In this document: positions 48,776 through 58,626 of the stretch, piece by piece | How the letters are laid out: every line of letters starts with the position of its first letter | How positions within the stretch are numbered: the stretch's first letter is position 1 | Assembly: GCA_963676235.1 (NCBI GenBank) | Contig: OY781044.1 | Coordinates: forward strand, 558,181 to 622,180 | Source: Candidatus Methanomethylophilaceae archaeon | GTDB taxonomy: Archaea; Thermoplasmatota; Thermoplasmata; Methanomassiliicoccales; Methanomethylophilaceae | Reading direction: 5' to 3' | Length of the DNA stretch: 64,000 nucleotides | Translations under genes and position numbers: made by a program | The notes under the pieces: model-generated | What the model was told of the DNA's origin: nothing | The model's input: the letters and a program-made list of their open reading frames with translations, nothing else | The model's database searches: none

Positions 48776-48850
48776 AGGGCTTGCCGGGATTCGAACCCGG
48801 GTTTTTGGCTCCGAAGGCCGAAAGGATTATCCATGCTACCCCACAAGCCC
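48776..48850 (-). tRNA. tRNA-Arg (anticodon UCG), no encoded CCA
   Basis: Reverse complement is GGGCTTG TG GGGT..TCCT T TCGGC CTTCGGA GCCAA AAAC CCGGG TTCGAAT CCCGG CAAGCCC T. There is one C.A mismatch in the anticodon stem and a 4-nt variable loop. The isotype call is less certain than the tRNA call. Confidence 0.75.
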
Positions 48851-48954
48851 GATATACATCATCATGCACTCTGTATTATTTATCATTGAGTAAATAAACG
48901 TGAATTACCGAATACAAGACAAAACCTATATTCCTGAAAACAATAACCGATACA

Positions 48955-50001
48955 ATGTCAAAGATAGTAATGAATCACGGAGCAGGCGGAGAGGTAATGC
49001 AAGATTTCCTTTCCAAACACATTATATCTCATTTTCCTAAAATGAACTCGGAAGTTCCCTTGGACTCCATGGATGACTCCGCTATCGTCGACGACATTGT
49101 CTTTACTATAGACGGACACACAGTAAAACCATTGTTTTTCCCTGGAGGAGATATAGGAAAGATTGCTGTTTCCGGAACTGTTAATGATATCTCCGTCATG
49201 GGAGCGAAACCTCTGGCACTCGGATGTTCGCTTATCATGGAAGAGGGACTCACTTTTGACATTGTTGACAGAATCATGGAAAGCGTGGGACAAACGGCTG
49301 CAAGTTGCGGCGTACCTATTGCGACAGGAGATACAAAGGTCATGGAATCGGGAGCTCTTGATCAGATGATCATTACAACTTCAGCTATCGGAAAAAGATC
49401 ACCATTCCTTGACGATGATCTCGAAGTGGCTTCACAATACAGAAAAGTAGAGCACAGATGGTGCACAGATTCCAATGTCAAGCCAGGCGATGCAATAATC
49501 GTATCCGGATACGTAGGAGACCACGGTGTGGCAATACTATCTTCTCGTGAAGGATACGGCTTTGATAGTGAGATCAAGAGTGATGTCGCTCCACTCAACA
49601 AGATGATTGAGAAAGGACTCAGAGCAGGCGGCATAGTCTCTATGAAGGACCCAACTCGCGGAGGTCTTGCGAACACACTCAATGAATGGTGCTCTAAATC
49701 CCATATCGGAATGGAAATCGAAGAATGCAAGATTCCACTAAGAGACGGTGTTGTCAATGCATGCGACCTTTTGGGTATAAATCCCCTGAACATAGGAAAC
49801 GAAGGAAAAGCTGTTATAGCGGTAGTTTCTGAAATGGCAGAGACAGTTCTAGAAGCTATCAGGAAAACTCCGGAAGGCCAGAATGCCCAGATCATCGGAT
49901 ATGCATCGAAAGGCCCCGAAAGGGTCATTCTCAGAACAGAGATCGGGGGAAAAAGGATATTGGAAGCTCCATCGGGTGACCCCGTTCCCAGGATCTGCTG
50001 A
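48955..50001 (+). CDS. hypE: hydrogenase maturation protein HypE
   Basis: AIR-synthase-like fold and the diagnostic C-terminal PRIC. Confidence 0.9.
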   Translation: MSKIVMNHGAGGEVMQDFLSKHIISHFPKMNSEVPLDSMDDSAIVDDIVFTIDGHTVKPLFFPGGDIGKIAVSGTVNDISVMGAKPLALGCSLIMEEGLTFDIVDRIMESVGQTAASCGVPIATGDTKVMESGALDQMIITTSAIGKRSPFLDDDLEVASQYRKVEHRWCTDSNVKPGDAIIVSGYVGDHGVAILSSREGYGFDSEIKSDVAPLNKMIEKGLRAGGIVSMKDPTRGGLANTLNEWCSKSHIGMEIEECKIPLRDGVVNACDLLGINPLNIGNEGKAVIAVVSEMAETVLEAIRKTPEGQNAQIIGYASKGPERVILRTEIGGKRILEAPSGDPVPRIC

Positions 50002-50126
50002 ATATTTTCATATCATCAACTGTGCCGGCAAATATGCTGACACAGTCTTTTGAGTTTATATTATAATGAATTGTAATCTCGTTCAATTGAAATATGAACA
50101 GTACATTATGAAATACAGGCATTAAA

Positions 50127-51314
50127 ATGGTAACATTCATTCCATTTCCAGGTTACAGACCAGCACTGAGAATTAACGAACCAATTGGAAACCGCATATC
50201 ACCACCTTATGACGTAATCGGCGAAGACTACCTCAAAGAACTTCAGAGCCACAAGAATAATATTACGAATCTTACTCTGAAACCGGATGCGGACAAAAGG
50301 TATCACGAAGCCAGAAAAGAATTGGATAGAATGGTCACTGACGGCAGCTTAAAACAGGATACAGACTCATTCTATCTTTACGAACAGACCTTCGATGATA
50401 ACGGTATCACTAAAACCCGGATAGGATTGGTGGGGGCCCTTAAGACCGAAGAATATGGTGCAGGCCATATCATTCCTCATGAAGAAACCTTCTCCAAAGT
50501 AAAAGAGGACCGCTTAAATCTTCTGAGAGATATGGAATGCCACTTAGAATCTATTTTTGGAATATTCGAGGGATTTACGCCTGAACTCAGCAAAAAAATC
50601 TCTGGAACCGCACAACTGGTCTACAGATATGTTGACAATCAAAAAGTCGAACACAAATACTTCAGGATCTGCGATGAGAATGTCATCAAAGAGATCGAAT
50701 CACAGCTAGCTGACCAAAAAATGCTCATTGCGGACGGTCATCACAGATACGAAACAGCTTTGAACTACGCAAAAGAGAACCCAGATGATGAGAAAAAACA
50801 ATATGTTCTCGCAACGCTCGTAGCGGCAGACGACAAAGGGCTGATAATCTGGCCTACACATAGGCTCGTGGACTCTGATGAAATATCAGAAAAGAACGTC
50901 ATCTCGAAGATCTCTAAAGAAATGAATGTAAAAGAGGTCACAGAAACAGAGATGGAAACTCAATTGAAAGACCACATGATGGGATTTATATTCAAATCTG
51001 GAAAATGTTTTATTGCAGATTACAACAAAAAAGATGATCCGATGTGGAAACTTGATACTTACGTAGCACAAGAACTCATCCTCAAAGACATTTACAAATC
51101 GGATGAGGGTAAAGCCACGATCTCATACGATGCAGAACTCTCGTCCGTAAAAATCAAGATGACCGAAAAGAAACACGATCTGGCCATAATATTGAATGAT
51201 CCGAAACTTCAGACGATTTGGGATCTTTCCATGATTGGAAAAAGGATGCCTAAAAAGACTACATTCTTCTTCCCGAAGATCTGGTCTGGATTCGTACTAT
51301 ACAAAATGAACTGA
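50127..51314 (+). CDS. DUF1015 family protein
   Basis: Characteristic SPPYDVI...LIADGHHRYETAL blocks. Confidence 0.7.
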   Translation: MVTFIPFPGYRPALRINEPIGNRISPPYDVIGEDYLKELQSHKNNITNLTLKPDADKRYHEARKELDRMVTDGSLKQDTDSFYLYEQTFDDNGITKTRIGLVGALKTEEYGAGHIIPHEETFSKVKEDRLNLLRDMECHLESIFGIFEGFTPELSKKISGTAQLVYRYVDNQKVEHKYFRICDENVIKEIESQLADQKMLIADGHHRYETALNYAKENPDDEKKQYVLATLVAADDKGLIIWPTHRLVDSDEISEKNVISKISKEMNVKEVTETEMETQLKDHMMGFIFKSGKCFIADYNKKDDPMWKLDTYVAQELILKDIYKSDEGKATISYDAELSSVKIKMTEKKHDLAIILNDPKLQTIWDLSMIGKRMPKKTTFFFPKIWSGFVLYKMN

Positions 51315-51337
51315 TGCATTACAATCAGAAATTAACT

Positions 51338-51391
51338 CAGACCGACCACTCTGCTTTGACTGTGAATCAAAAAGTGGTCGTCTGAATTTTT
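51338..51391 (+). terminator. long hairpin (CAGACCGACCACT ... AGTGGTCGTCTG) followed by T5
   Basis: Read directly, 24 nt after the DUF1015 stop. One bulged C in the stem. Confidence 0.4.
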
Positions 51392-51903
51392 ATATGAACC
51401 AATTTCTCTGCACTTAACTCTGATCTGTTTGAAATCCTGCGTATGCAAGAACCAAATCGTAAATTCAATCGGAAGGGAACATTATCCCCCATAGATTTAC
51501 TACACGAATGAAAATACTACGCACTCAGAAGATGTAGAAAATATATTAGAATGCCCATACCTGAGAAAATCTTCATATGAAATTCTATATCTGTATGTCT
51601 CCAACTATGCGATTGTTAATTGGTATCACGATATTAAATAACCTTCTTTCTATCGTTCCCAACGGTCTTTTCCGTTCCCCTCGTCGACTTGAATCTATAC
51701 ATGCATTATCTCAAAATCATTCTTCTATTTCTTCAACCTCACTTTGTCCAAAACATTTGTACAACATTTCTGCATTTAAGATATTACACTGAAGGTTGAA
51801 TCAACTCTTAAAACTCTTAAGCCTACCTAATTTATAAAAGAACTAATTGCCGAATTGGATTCATTACTTTAACTTTATATTTATATCAAGTGCATTACTC
51901 TCC

Positions 51904-52563
51904 ATGCATTGTTACAAAATATTATTAGATAGGACTGGCAATGTTAACGAACATCCTTGTCACAGCATTATTCCTGTAGAATTCGAAACAGAAGGTGTTT
52001 CGATGCAGATACTAACCTGTTCCATGCTCAATCAGAGCACCGGGTATTCGATAATCAAGATCGTAGACGAAAAAGACAATAATATTCAAGAGGGCTTTCA
52101 TGAAGCTGAATTCGGTGAATGCACCATTAACAAACTATTCTCCAAATGCTATCTTGCTATGGTCATAAATAAGAATTGTCTTCTATCAAAACTGATTAAC
52201 GAATCTGGTTGCTTTCTAACATCTGCCATCCCGAAAACGGATACTTTGATTGAATGGACATTAGTTGGATCAAATAGCAAAGCACTTCATAATTTAACCG
52301 ATAATATGAGAGAAAATGGATATAAATTTGAGATAATCTCAAGTGAAAACCTATTAGTAAAGACTACATTGACACCCAAACAAGAACAATATTTTAACAT
52401 AGCCATGAACCTGGGTTATTATGATATTCCAAAAAAAATAGATCTTGATGAATTGTGCTGTATTCTCGGATGTTCCAAATCAACACTTAATGTCGTATTG
52501 AGAACGGCAGAAAAAAAAATATTCGATTACTATCGTATCGCGAGCGGCAAAATACGTTTTTGA
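51904..52563 (+). CDS. HTH_10 (Bat-like) DNA-binding transcriptional regulator
   Basis: C-terminal LTPKQEQYFNIAMNLGYYDIPKKIDLDELCCILGCSKSTLNVVLRTAEKKI. The start is uncertain: track TTG 51847, or ATG 51904. Confidence 0.7.
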   Translation: MHCYKILLDRTGNVNEHPCHSIIPVEFETEGVSMQILTCSMLNQSTGYSIIKIVDEKDNNIQEGFHEAEFGECTINKLFSKCYLAMVINKNCLLSKLINESGCFLTSAIPKTDTLIEWTLVGSNSKALHNLTDNMRENGYKFEIISSENLLVKTTLTPKQEQYFNIAMNLGYYDIPKKIDLDELCCILGCSKSTLNVVLRTAEKKIFDYYRIASGKIRF

Positions 52564-52598
52564 CTGGAACTCATAATATTTCGATGTATAGTTTGGCT

Positions 52599-52614
52599 CG
52601 AACATGTTCGTAAT
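52599..52614. promoter_or_regulatory. palindrome CGAACATGTTCG + TAAT upstream of the MFS gene (site 1 of 2)
   Basis: GAACATGTTCGTAAT is identical to 54450..54464. It lies about 87 nt upstream of the start codon, just 5' of an AT-rich TATA-like stretch. Confidence 0.45.
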
Positions 52615-52691
52615 TGTAATTAAATATTAATCTGGTGAATATCTGCGTAATGGTCTGATGAACCCTCCGCCTACCAAATGGAGGTTAAAAT

Positions 52692-54023
52692 TTGACTATA
52701 GATCCACAAAAGAAAAAAAAGATGCTGTCCTACAGATGGGCTGTATTCGCGGTCATGGCATTAGCGTATTTCTTCGTCTATTTCCATAGAACCACAGGAG
52801 GTGCCATATCTGATAATTTACAAGATTATTTTGGCGTAGGTACCGCATCGATAGCATTGTTGGCTTCAGCATACCTATATGCATACACCTTGATGCAGAT
52901 TCCCAGCGGAATTCTTACAGATAAAATGGGACCGAGGCGGGCTGCGACGATTTTCGTCTTTCTTATCGCCGTAGGTTCTTTGATCAGCGCATATTCCGCC
53001 ACATGCAATGATTTCACATTGATGATAGTCGGAAAATTCATCATCGGTATCGGTGCAGCAGTAGTATATATCCCAATAATGAAAATATTAGCTGTATGGT
53101 ACAGAAAAGATGAATTCGCATCCATGAGCGGCATATTGTTACTTGTCGGTAATGTGGGTGGAATTGCAGCCGCAACCCCTATGGTGCTGATGATGGATAA
53201 TCTCGGGATACAGAATACATACATCGTACTTGCCATTATCACAGCTGCTATCGCATTACTCTGCTGGTTCATTGTAAGAAATCATCCTTCTGAAAAAGAC
53301 CTTCCGAGTATGGAAGAGATCGTCTCCGAGGAAACAGGGAAACCGATATCTGAATCAACATCAGCAAAAATGGGCACCGTCGTTGCACTGAAAACAACCT
53401 TTGGCAGCGGAAGAAAATTCTGGCCCCTTGCGATATGGTTCTTTTTCATGTATGGTACTATAATGCTCTGGCAAGCCTCTCAATCCGGTTCATTTTACAA
53501 GAATATCTATGACTTCTCCAGTGGTAACGCAGCTCTAATGGTTACCATGGTTGGAGTCGGAATGGTATTCGGCTGCCCATTAGCAGGACGTCTTTCAGAT
53601 AAGATATTACATTCCAGAAAAAAAGTAATTCTTATCGGAACAACAGCATATACTGTAATATGGGCCATAATATGGTTGACTGCAGGTAAAGATTACATGA
53701 ACAGTACTACCATACAGATGATCATTAATTTCCTCTTCGGCTTTTTCGGAGGCTTCTTTGTTGTAGCATATGCACAGATCAAAGAACTATATCCAATCGC
53801 GATGGCTGGTACATCGACTGCAGCCCTAAATCTATTCCCCTTTGCTGGGGGTGCAATCCTAATCACCATCGCAGGACTAATTGTGACAGAAAAGACATTA
53901 GCACAGTATCAGACAGTATGGTTAATGGCATTTATTATGATGATAATAGCATTAATCTGTGCATTTCTGTCTGTTGAAAAAGAATCTACAAAGAAACCTG
54001 AAAAAAAGACTGAAGATAATTGA
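52692..54023 (+). CDS. MFS transporter
   Basis: About 12 TM helices and the MFS loop motif (TDKMGPRR). TTG start with a GGAGGT RBS 7 nt upstream; an alternative ATG is at 52722. Confidence 0.85.
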   Translation: MTIDPQKKKKMLSYRWAVFAVMALAYFFVYFHRTTGGAISDNLQDYFGVGTASIALLASAYLYAYTLMQIPSGILTDKMGPRRAATIFVFLIAVGSLISAYSATCNDFTLMIVGKFIIGIGAAVVYIPIMKILAVWYRKDEFASMSGILLLVGNVGGIAAATPMVLMMDNLGIQNTYIVLAIITAAIALLCWFIVRNHPSEKDLPSMEEIVSEETGKPISESTSAKMGTVVALKTTFGSGRKFWPLAIWFFFMYGTIMLWQASQSGSFYKNIYDFSSGNAALMVTMVGVGMVFGCPLAGRLSDKILHSRKKVILIGTTAYTVIWAIIWLTAGKDYMNSTTIQMIINFLFGFFGGFFVVAYAQIKELYPIAMAGTSTAALNLFPFAGGAILITIAGLIVTEKTLAQYQTVWLMAFIMMIIALICAFLSVEKESTKKPEKKTEDN

Positions 54024-54449
54024 TTTCCTCCAATAAATCGATTAAAACCACTTCTAAACCATTTTTATTTTTATATTATCATCAATCGTAATGATATAAA
54101 CTACATAAATGGCTCAAGAATAATCAATACTCTTAGAAATGCTCGATCTCTCTACCATCATCTTTTAGCTCAGAATTCTATAAATTTTGAATTCCACCCT
54201 ACATTGAAATCCTATAATAATCTAATAGCATTTGGTAATAGAACTTAACATCCAACGTAAATGCCTAGTAATCTACAATCCTACTCATTTAACCCGATTC
54301 CCTAAATTAATATTCAAAGTCCGTATCAAAATCAATATCTCAATTGGATAATTTTCATCGTACTTTCAAATTAAAGTAGATAAACTATCATTTCTACTTA
54401 ACGTTCAAAATATTGACAATTTTTTAATTGCCTTTATCGAGATGAAAAT

Positions 54450-54464
54450 GAACATGTTCGTAAT
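54450..54464. promoter_or_regulatory. GAACATGTTCGTAAT upstream of the corrinoid-protein gene (site 2 of 2)
   Basis: 15/15 identical to site 1. It lies about 93 nt upstream of ATG 54548 and is followed by TTTATATT. Confidence 0.45.
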
Positions 54465-54547
54465 GTTCTTTATATTCGCAATAGTAAATACTATATATGG
54501 TAGGCGGAAAAATCACAGATCACTAACCCCATTAGGAAAGTGATGGA

Positions 54548-55201
54548 ATGAACGATAAAGAATTATTGAAAGAATTAGCAGACTCAGTTGTAGCATGCGA
54601 TCCGAATAGAGCCAGAATTGCGTCTGAAAAGGCCTTGAAAGAAGGTATTGACCCGGTTGAAGCGATAAATAAAGGATTGGTGATAGGTATGGGCGTAATC
54701 GGAAATGACTATGCCGAACACAAAATATACCTGCCACAGGTCCTTGTAGCTGCTCATAGTATGTACGAAGGACTGAACGTACTCCTTCCAGCAATACCCA
54801 AAGGAGATCTGTCAGATGCAAAAACAGCCATCACAGCCGTAGTTCAAGGTGATGTTCACGACATAGGCAAGAATATCGTAAAAACAATGTTGACTGCTGG
54901 CGGCTATATTGTCAACGACCTCGGAAAAGATGTGCCACCTTCATCGATAGCAAATACTGCAAAAGAAACCAGCGTAAATGTCGTATGTCTTTCTACATTG
55001 ATGACTCCAACCATGGACAGTATGCAAGAAGCAGTGAAACTGATTAACGATAATGGCTATCATAAAAATTGTATCATAACCATTGGAGGACCACCCACAT
55101 CAGAAAAATTTGCAAAGGAGATCGGAGCAGATCACAGAGACGATGACGCTCAATCCTGTGTAAAATATGTTAACAGCAAAATGAAAAAGGAAGTGAAGTA
55201 A
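54548..55201 (+). CDS. methyltransferase cognate corrinoid protein (paralog of 17319..17957)
   Basis: GDVHDIGKNIV, LSTLMTPTMD, ITIGGPPTS, FAKEIGADHRD. Confidence 0.9.
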   Translation: MNDKELLKELADSVVACDPNRARIASEKALKEGIDPVEAINKGLVIGMGVIGNDYAEHKIYLPQVLVAAHSMYEGLNVLLPAIPKGDLSDAKTAITAVVQGDVHDIGKNIVKTMLTAGGYIVNDLGKDVPPSSIANTAKETSVNVVCLSTLMTPTMDSMQEAVKLINDNGYHKNCIITIGGPPTSEKFAKEIGADHRDDDAQSCVKYVNSKMKKEVK

Positions 55202-55202
55202 T

Positions 55203-56231
55203 ATGGTCATGTCATGTAGAGACAGAGTTTTAGCTGCAATAAATCAAGAAACCTTGGACAGGCCTCCTGTAGCTGTGTTCACAACATGTGACACCATCGG
55301 TATGATGAAAGCAAGTGGAGCTTCGTGGCCAGAAGCACATTCCGACCCACAAAAAATGGCGACCCTCGGATGCGCTCAAGCAGACTATTTTGGCTTGGAA
55401 TCAGTCAGAGCTGGATTTTGCCTTACGGAGGAAGCGGAGGCTTTGGGATGCCCAATCGACATGGGAACAAGTCATTCTTCACCTATGCTAAAAGGACACA
55501 GAAACAAGTACGATCCCATGAAAAAAATCTATGATGAACCTAATGACCTTCCGGATATTGATGTTTTCCTTAACACTAAAAGAGTGAAAACAACCATTGA
55601 AGCTATGAAGATCATGAAAAAAACACACGGAGAAAAGTATTGTGTGGTTGGCGGGAATACCGGTCCTTTCACACTCTGCGGACATCTCTTAAACACAGAA
55701 AATTTGGTGTATTCTGTATGGACAGATCCAAAAGAGGCTCAAAAATGGGTTGCAGCTATCGCACCTTATTGTAAAGCATTCGGACAAGCACTACTTGATG
55801 CGGGAGCAGATATCGTTCAGATGTCAGAACCATCCGCTTCCACTGATATTTTAGCACCTAGTGATTTTCCAATACAATCGGGACAGTTTGTAAAACATGC
55901 ATTAGGAGATTTGACAGGACATACAATTCTTCATATATGCGGAGATTCCGCACCCATAATTCCATTCATGTTCGATACAGGTGTGACAGGAATATCTGTT
56001 GAAGAAAAAGTACCACCGGAAAAAGCTGTAAAAATAGCTAACAAGAGAGGTGCATTGGTAGGAAACGTAGGGTGTGCTATGCCCCTTTACAAAGGGACTC
56101 CACAGGAGGTAGCAAAAGCTGCAAGAGCAAGCAGAGATGCAGGATTTAACGTTATATCGGCAGGCTGCGGAGTACCTATAGGAACTCCAGACGACAACAT
56201 ACGTGCACTCGTGAAAGCTATTACCGGTTAA
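55203..56231 (+). CDS. URO-D-family methylcobamide methyltransferase (MtaA/MtbA/MtpA-like)
   Basis: H-x-C (LHICGDS) plus a distal Cys (SAGCGVP) as Zn ligands. It starts 2 nt after the corrinoid gene. Confidence 0.85.
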   Translation: MVMSCRDRVLAAINQETLDRPPVAVFTTCDTIGMMKASGASWPEAHSDPQKMATLGCAQADYFGLESVRAGFCLTEEAEALGCPIDMGTSHSSPMLKGHRNKYDPMKKIYDEPNDLPDIDVFLNTKRVKTTIEAMKIMKKTHGEKYCVVGGNTGPFTLCGHLLNTENLVYSVWTDPKEAQKWVAAIAPYCKAFGQALLDAGADIVQMSEPSASTDILAPSDFPIQSGQFVKHALGDLTGHTILHICGDSAPIIPFMFDTGVTGISVEEKVPPEKAVKIANKRGALVGNVGCAMPLYKGTPQEVAKAARASRDAGFNVISAGCGVPIGTPDDNIRALVKAITG

Positions 56232-56456
56232 AACTCTTCCAATCGATCTGAAAAATTAACAATTTTATCAGATCGAAATTTTTTATTATTATCTTTCCTC
56301 CTAATCTTACAAATGGTAGAATTCCATTTTGTTTATTCGATATATGCAGATATATAGACTCATAAGATGTGTCGTTTTAAAAAAATCAAATCTGAAATAA
56401 ACGAACTAAAGAATTACCATACCTTGTTGATCAAAGGTAAAAAAACAAAAAAGGAA

Positions 56457-56531
56457 TGGAGCCGCTGGAGGGAATTGAACCCTCGACCTACGCCTTACCA
56501 AGGCGTCGCTATACCCCTTAGCCACAGCGGC
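56457..56531 (-). tRNA. tRNA-Thr (anticodon GGU), CCA encoded
   Basis: Reverse complement is GCCGCTG TG GCTA AGGGGTA TAGC G ACGCC TTGGTAA GGCGT AGGTC GAGGG TTCAATT CCCTC CAGCGGC T CCA. Confidence 0.9.
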
Positions 56532-56645
56532 CTGTGTAAAATGCCTAATAAGGCATGTATTGATAAATCTTTCTGAAAAATAAAATATCCTTTAACCTGA
56601 TTATATTACGAAAGTTTATTTTAATGACACACCTAACCCATTCCT

Positions 56646-58586
56646 ATGAAGAAGGAAATGAGTTCTTTCGATGTCCGTTCCATAGTATCGGAACTTTCAT
56701 TACTAGAGGGTGCCCACATGGACAAGATCTATCAGTGGGGAGCGGGAAACGTTCTCTTCCGCATAAACGTCCAAGGTGAAGGAAAGAAAGAAGTCTTCTT
56801 CAAAGACAAAAAATGGCTATATATCTCACCTGAGAAACCGGAAACGTCTATATCTCCGAGTTCTTTCGCCACTTTTCTAAGAAAATACATCGACAATGCA
56901 CGTGTCGGAAAAACCATTCAAGCGGGTTTTGACAGGATCGTCATAATGGAGATCTTCAAAGCTGACGCTGAATATAAATTAATATTCGAGATGTTCGGCG
57001 GAGGAAACTGTCTTCTTGTCCTTGACGGCAAGATCGTGAACTGTCTCATACACAAAACATACAGGGATCGTTCCACACGTCCAGGCGAGGACTACCGCGC
57101 ACCCAAAGAAAGATTCAATCCCATTGATTCTACATTCGAAGAATTCAGCGAAACGTTCCATTCATCAGAATCGGATGCCGTCAGAACATTGGCCACGGTA
57201 GCCAACTTGGGAGGACAGTACGCAGAGGAGATCTGCAAACGTTCAGGTGTAGACAAGAACACACTCTCTGTCGGAATGTCCGACGAGGACCTTGAGAAAC
57301 TATACTCTGCACTTCACGACGTGGTAAGATGCGTCATCAAAGACAACGAACCAACGGTTTTCCTGAAAAACGGAAAGATCGATGATATCGCCCCTGTGGA
57401 TCTGATGATCTATCAGGATGAGGAAAGACGTAGATATGACACCATGTCTCAGGCTATAGATGCGTTCCTGCAAGAAATTGATGTAGATATCGAAGAAGCC
57501 TATGTCGATCCCGAAATAGAGAAACTCAAGAACAGGGTCTCCAAACAGCAGGAGACCGTCGACGAGTACAAACTTGAAGGTGCAGACCTTAAACTCCGTG
57601 CAGATGCCATCTACGCCAACTATCAGACCGTTACAGACCTTCTCAAAGTCCTCAATGAACAATCAAAGAAGATCAGCTGGGATAAATTGACCGAGGGCGC
57701 CAAAAAGATCCCCTTCATCGTGAGCATAGACCCGAATAAGAACCTAGTAACCGGTAAATTCTCCGACCTAAATGTAACACTGGATTACACAAAAGGCCTA
57801 GATGCCAATGCTTCAGATCTATATCAAAAAAGCAAAGATATCATTGAGAAAGCAAAAAGAGCCGAAGAAGCACTTGCTGAAAGCCAGACAGAACTTACTA
57901 AGAAACAGAAAGGCCTCGATAAAACCAAAGCCCTCAACGCTTCAAAAGTAGCACCTACAAAGGAATTCTGGTTCGAAAGATACAAGTGGTTCATATCCTC
58001 TTCCAATAAGCTCGTAATCGCCGGAAGGGATGCTCATAGCAACGATAACGTAGTTAAGAAGCATCTCAAAGAGACCGATGTATTCGCACATGCAGACGTA
58101 CACGGTGCACCTTCAGTTGTGCTGAAAGAAGGAGCTAATGCCACACCCGATGAATTCAGAGAGGCGTGCACATTCGCTTTGGCTCAATCCAAAGCGTGGG
58201 TAGCAGCACTTGCTGAAGGAACAGCATTTTGGGTCTATCCTGATCAAGTAAGCAAAACCCCTAACCCAGGAGAATTCGTTCCCCGCGGAGCATTCATTGT
58301 TCGTGGAAAAAGGAATTACGAACATCATATAGCAATCGAATTAGGAGTTGGAGAGATTTTCTACGACGGCAACAGAAAGGTCATGTGTGGTCCCGTCAGC
58401 CTGTTCGAAAAATGCGAGAAATATTTTATCATACATCCTGGACGTGGAAAAAGCGGGAGAAAATCTGGAGAAATGGCAAGAGATTTCAATGTTCCTGAAG
58501 AGGAAATATCAAGGATCTTACCTCCAGGAGATGTAGAGATCGTAAAGAAAATATGGCCTGAAACACCTGCTGAAGAACAAGAATGA
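56646..58586 (+). CDS. NFACT-family protein (archaeal Rqc2/RqcH/FbpA homolog)
   Basis: NFACT-N start (SSFDVRSIVSEL..L.GAHMDKIYQ), a central coiled coil, and an NFACT-R/DUF814 block (GRDAHSNDNVVKKH...FAHADVHGAPSVVLK). Confidence 0.8.
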   Translation: MKKEMSSFDVRSIVSELSLLEGAHMDKIYQWGAGNVLFRINVQGEGKKEVFFKDKKWLYISPEKPETSISPSSFATFLRKYIDNARVGKTIQAGFDRIVIMEIFKADAEYKLIFEMFGGGNCLLVLDGKIVNCLIHKTYRDRSTRPGEDYRAPKERFNPIDSTFEEFSETFHSSESDAVRTLATVANLGGQYAEEICKRSGVDKNTLSVGMSDEDLEKLYSALHDVVRCVIKDNEPTVFLKNGKIDDIAPVDLMIYQDEERRRYDTMSQAIDAFLQEIDVDIEEAYVDPEIEKLKNRVSKQQETVDEYKLEGADLKLRADAIYANYQTVTDLLKVLNEQSKKISWDKLTEGAKKIPFIVSIDPNKNLVTGKFSDLNVTLDYTKGLDANASDLYQKSKDIIEKAKRAEEALAESQTELTKKQKGLDKTKALNASKVAPTKEFWFERYKWFISSSNKLVIAGRDAHSNDNVVKKHLKETDVFAHADVHGAPSVVLKEGANATPDEFREACTFALAQSKAWVAALAEGTAFWVYPDQVSKTPNPGEFVPRGAFIVRGKRNYEHHIAIELGVGEIFYDGNRKVMCGPVSLFEKCEKYFIIHPGRGKSGRKSGEMARDFNVPEEEISRILPPGDVEIVKKIWPETPAEEQE

Positions 58587-58626
58587 CTGCAGCATCAAAC
58601 ATCTTAAAAATCCTTTGAAAAGGAAA

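Noticed and set aside
56367-56576. 69-aa plus-strand ORF from the track
   Set aside because: It lies entirely over tRNA-Thr (56457..56531, minus strand) and its flanks, so it is an artefact.
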